DNA from: an uncultured Prolixibacteraceae bacterium
GTDB lineage: Bacteria; Bacteroidota; Bacteroidia; Bacteroidales; FEN-979
Assembly: GCA_964449285.1 (NCBI GenBank)
Contig: CAYUZX010000012.1
Coordinates: 150 to 64,149 of the forward strand
Length of the DNA: 64,000 bases
Direction: 5' to 3'
Of the stretch, positions 61,275 to 64,000 are shown piece after piece. The notes under the pieces were generated by a model. That model was given only the letters and a program-made list of their open reading frames with translations. It did no database searches and was not told the origin of the DNA. A program made the position numbers and the translations under genes. Position 1 is the first letter of the stretch. Each line of letters begins with the position of its first letter.

Positions 61275-62475
61275 ATTTCAGCGTCTGAATAAACTATTCA
61301 ACCTGCTTTCTCATTACCGGGAAGGCGAAATCAGAGAACATATCCCACTGATCAGCCGGTTCGAAATCAGCCAGTATTACCTGGCATTGCTAGATAAACA
61401 ACTGGCCAGCGAACCCGAGGTTGTTTCGCAGTTGGAAAGGCACCGAAAGGAGATCCTGTTCAACAACCTCTATTACCTCAATCATGCGTCCCGCCTGATT
61501 TTACAGTTGAAAGAGAAGAACATCGATTGCATTGTACTGAAAGGGCTCTCTTTTATCAATCATCTCTATGACGATATCGGGTTGCGATCGTTTTGTGACC
61601 TCGATTTGATGATCCACAGGGAGGATGTGAGAAGATTTCTTGAGATCGTTCAACAAGAGGGATTCATGTTGAAATGTGAAGTGAACGATCCCGACAATAC
61701 GGATGATTTCGACATCTACAATGAGCAAACAAAGCTCAAGGTAGATATTTTGACTACGTTAACAGGAGGCTACTATTTTAACCGCTATTTCGCCCTGGAC
61801 CTTTCACAGGTATGGGAACGGAAAAAGCAGCTGAAAATCCAGGAGACGGAAACGTTCCGGTTAAGTGAAGAAGACGAACTCTTGTATGCCATTGTTCACC
61901 TTGCTTTTCACCTTAATTTTCATGTCGAAATCAAATGGTTCTTTGATCTCTGGTACTACATGGAGAAATACGGAGATTCTCTTGACAGGAAGTATCTCAA
62001 TGAAAAGGTGAGAAAAGCCGGACTTGAAAACGTCATTTTTGCAGTCACGGAGGTCATGTACTGGATGTTTAACAAAGATTATACAGCCATTTTTGGAAGC
62101 GTCAAACCCCGTTTTCATATCTTTGACAGGATCTGGGTCAGCTTTTACACATTTCCTCCCCGGCTGTTCGGGACCAGCCTTGAATTTCCTGGTGTCGTAA
62201 ACAGAATGGCGATCACCTTCATGAAATATACCCTGATTGCATCCCCAAAGAAAAAATGGAAGTTTGTGACCGACCGGGTTTTCCCCGACTTTGACAGGAT
62301 TACCTTTGCGTATACGCAGAAGTTCAGGATTCCCCTGAAAATCTATTATCCTATGATCTACATGCTATTCCTGCTGTTATCGCCTGTTTTTCTGACCTCT
62401 CTCTTAGCGATTTTCCTGGTTTCCACACTCTATATAAAGATAATCCTTTTCAAGCATCAGTTTCTGCATGGATGA
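61237..62475 (+). CDS. nucleotidyltransferase family protein (PF14907 / NTP_transf_5-like)
   Basis: IVLKGLSFINHLYDDIGLRSFCDLDLMIHREDVRRFLEIVQQEGF fits the LKG ... R.f.DlDlLv ... G pattern of the uncharacterised nucleotidyltransferase family. A hydrophobic C-terminal helix is present. Confidence 0.6.
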   Translation: MRKTLIPDYKSPEFQRLNKLFNLLSHYREGEIREHIPLISRFEISQYYLALLDKQLASEPEVVSQLERHRKEILFNNLYYLNHASRLILQLKEKNIDCIVLKGLSFINHLYDDIGLRSFCDLDLMIHREDVRRFLEIVQQEGFMLKCEVNDPDNTDDFDIYNEQTKLKVDILTTLTGGYYFNRYFALDLSQVWERKKQLKIQETETFRLSEEDELLYAIVHLAFHLNFHVEIKWFFDLWYYMEKYGDSLDRKYLNEKVRKAGLENVIFAVTEVMYWMFNKDYTAIFGSVKPRFHIFDRIWVSFYTFPPRLFGTSLEFPGVVNRMAITFMKYTLIASPKKKWKFVTDRVFPDFDRITFAYTQKFRIPLKIYYPMIYMLFLLLSPVFLTSLLAIFLVSTLYIKIILFKHQFLHG

Positions 62476-62977
62476 CCTTACCGGCATAAAATTAGAGCTG
62501 GTCGCAAACCACTTACTTTTAGGTCATTCCGTAAAAGTGAAGGCTGACGGTCATAGCATGAATCCGTTCATCAAAAAGGGAGATATCCTCACGGTGAAGG
62601 GAATCATCAATGATCCGCTACATCCGGGAGAGATGGTTGCCTTTATCCGCAATGAACTCCTGTTTATCCACCGGATTCTGGAGGCTGGACGGGCTGATGG
62701 AATGGTGCTGACAAAAGGAGATAACCTGTTGATATCAGATAAGTTGTCGAAGTCGGAAGAGATCATCGGCAGGGTGATCGCAATCAATGATACATCTGTG
62801 ACCTCCCGAAGTCCTATTCATCGTCTGTTTTTTCAACTATACCGGTTTTGTTTATTGGCAGGTAATAGTTCAAATACCATTGAGAACCAGGGGATCATCC
62901 AACTTTCTATCAGTCCTTTTCGGTTCAGGATCAGCAGGATTATCCTACGGGTCTATAGGTTTTTCGTTTTTCAATGA
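62468..62977 (+). CDS. S26B (SipW/Sec11-type, Ser-His) signal-peptidase-like protein without an N-terminal TM anchor
   Basis: It has GHSMNP (Ser30), FIHRIL (His68) and TKGDN (Asp85) in the order and spacing of archaeal/ER-type signal peptidases. The ATG overlaps the upstream stop. Confidence 0.55.
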   Translation: MDDLTGIKLELVANHLLLGHSVKVKADGHSMNPFIKKGDILTVKGIINDPLHPGEMVAFIRNELLFIHRILEAGRADGMVLTKGDNLLISDKLSKSEEIIGRVIAINDTSVTSRSPIHRLFFQLYRFCLLAGNSSNTIENQGIIQLSISPFRFRISRIILRVYRFFVFQ

Positions 62978-63016
62978 TTTGTTTTCTTATTTTTGACGAC
63001 CTAAAAAACGTAGGAT

Positions 63017-63904
63017 ATGAGCGATATTCACCACCATTTACTAGAGGACTATTTCCGTGATGTAAATAACAGGGGCCTTGAGAATTTCAATCTTAAGATA
63101 GGCGGAATCGGCCTTTCGGTACATGCCATCAGGGATGAGTTGTTTGATACGGCGCTGACCAAGTACAAAGATTTTCTTACACCGGAAGAGTTCCCCGAGT
63201 CCGTTGACTTTTATGATGTACAAACCCTCGCTCAGCCGGAAGCCATCATCCAGGCGTTTGATACCTACAAAGAGATTTATACGACATCTTCGAACCGCCA
63301 TCTGAATGTCTATCGCTGGGACTTTTTCGGAATCATTGATATTGCTGCCCGAACCGGTAAATTCATCCTGTTCAACAATACGTTCATGACGTATGAGTCC
63401 ATTATCAGGATTTTTTATTCCCTGCTGGCCGTCGAAAATCATGGATTCTTAATACACTCATCCTCCCTGATACATAACACGAAAGGCTATGTCTTTTTTG
63501 GCATATCAGGCAGTGGAAAATCCACCGTAGTAAAGCTTTCAGAGTCGGATGAATGCCTCACCGATGAACTCACGTTGATTACAAAGGATCAGACCGGATA
63601 TATTACCGCAGGAACCCCTTTTCATGGAGAACTTCCCATATATATGAACAAGGCGGCAAGTCTGGCCAATTTGTTTCTATTAACGAAATCTGAAACGACT
63701 TACTTCCGTAAAATGAACCGGTCGGAGATTTATCCTATCCTGTTGCGGAACGTTCTGTTTTTCAGCGATGACTGGGAACTCAGGCAAAAGATATTTAACA
63801 CTGTGATCGACCTCGCCAACCAGGTAGATATTTATGAAATGAATTTTGAGAAAAACAATAAATTCTGGAGGATCATTGATAATGGATTTAAAAATGAAAA
63901 TTAA
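63017..63904 (+). CDS. HPr-kinase-like P-loop protein (HprK-related kinase)
   Basis: GFLIHSSSLIHNTKGYVFFGISGSGKSTVVKL ... LTDELTLI matches the HprK C-terminal-domain pattern (LHA..v...g.gvli.G.SG.GKS ... DD). Confidence 0.6.
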   Translation: MSDIHHHLLEDYFRDVNNRGLENFNLKIGGIGLSVHAIRDELFDTALTKYKDFLTPEEFPESVDFYDVQTLAQPEAIIQAFDTYKEIYTTSSNRHLNVYRWDFFGIIDIAARTGKFILFNNTFMTYESIIRIFYSLLAVENHGFLIHSSSLIHNTKGYVFFGISGSGKSTVVKLSESDECLTDELTLITKDQTGYITAGTPFHGELPIYMNKAASLANLFLLTKSETTYFRKMNRSEIYPILLRNVLFFSDDWELRQKIFNTVIDLANQVDIYEMNFEKNNKFWRIIDNGFKNEN

Positions 63905-64000
63905 ACGAAATGCGAAAAGCTCGTTTCAAATTGCCGATGGAAAAGCGGTTGTCATGCTGGCTGTGAACTCAAATATCTTCACGCTGAATGAGATTGGAAC
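63894..64000 (+). CDS. PqqD-family (RiPP recognition element-like) protein, 5' part only
   Basis: My own translation is MKIKRNAKSSFQIADGKAVVMLAVNSNIFTLNEIG. It fits the PqqD pattern (..e.dGe.vl.d...g..y.LNe.g). It overlaps the upstream gene by 11 nt and is cut by the window end. Confidence 0.5.
   Translation, partial: MKIKRNAKSSFQIADGKAVVMLAVNSNIFTLNEIG

Overview
This 64-kb chromosomal segment reads as Bacteroidota. The evidence is T9SS C-terminal sorting domains, TAnnTTTG -7 promoter boxes in front of most operons, many lipoproteins, and typical gene content. I support about 60 protein genes and one tRNA-Val(CAC). There is no rRNA and no CRISPR array. Most of the window is housekeeping: rodA-mrdA, pgi, purN, acpP-fabF-rnc, pheS, tdk, dusB, rsmI, nfo, metal transporters, an RND efflux operon with a LytS/LytTR pair, and an OmpR-type two-component pair. 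Five modules stand out. (1) 59.0-64.0 kb holds a tightly overlapping operon that looks like a peptide-modification (RiPP-type) system. It encodes an ABC exporter, two signal-peptidase-like (S24/S26) proteins of which one is degenerate, a PF14907-like nucleotidyltransferase, an HPr-kinase-like P-loop protein and a PqqD-like protein cut by the window end. No precursor gene or core cyclase is visible. (2) 55.5-58.9 kb holds a decaheme c-type cytochrome lipoprotein and a double-rhodanese lipoprotein, divergent from an FNR-like regulator, with an FNR-box-like palindrome between them. (3) 23.2-31.0 kb holds a synthase-dependent exopolysaccharide-type locus: a TPR/beta-barrel protein, a membrane GT2 synthase, a GH26-like hydrolase and two tandem BNR/Asp-box propeller lipoproteins. 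(4) 0-2.7 kb holds decayed mobile DNA around zupT: an AT-rich peptidase gene, an attC-like structured inverted repeat, an integrase C-terminal fragment and an IS3-like orfA relic. (5) Short-period purine-rich tandem repeats anchored at stop codons recur across the window, together with several families of word-like hairpin repeats. One heptamer array lies inside a CDS. All functional calls come from reading the translations and recalling motifs. No database search was run.
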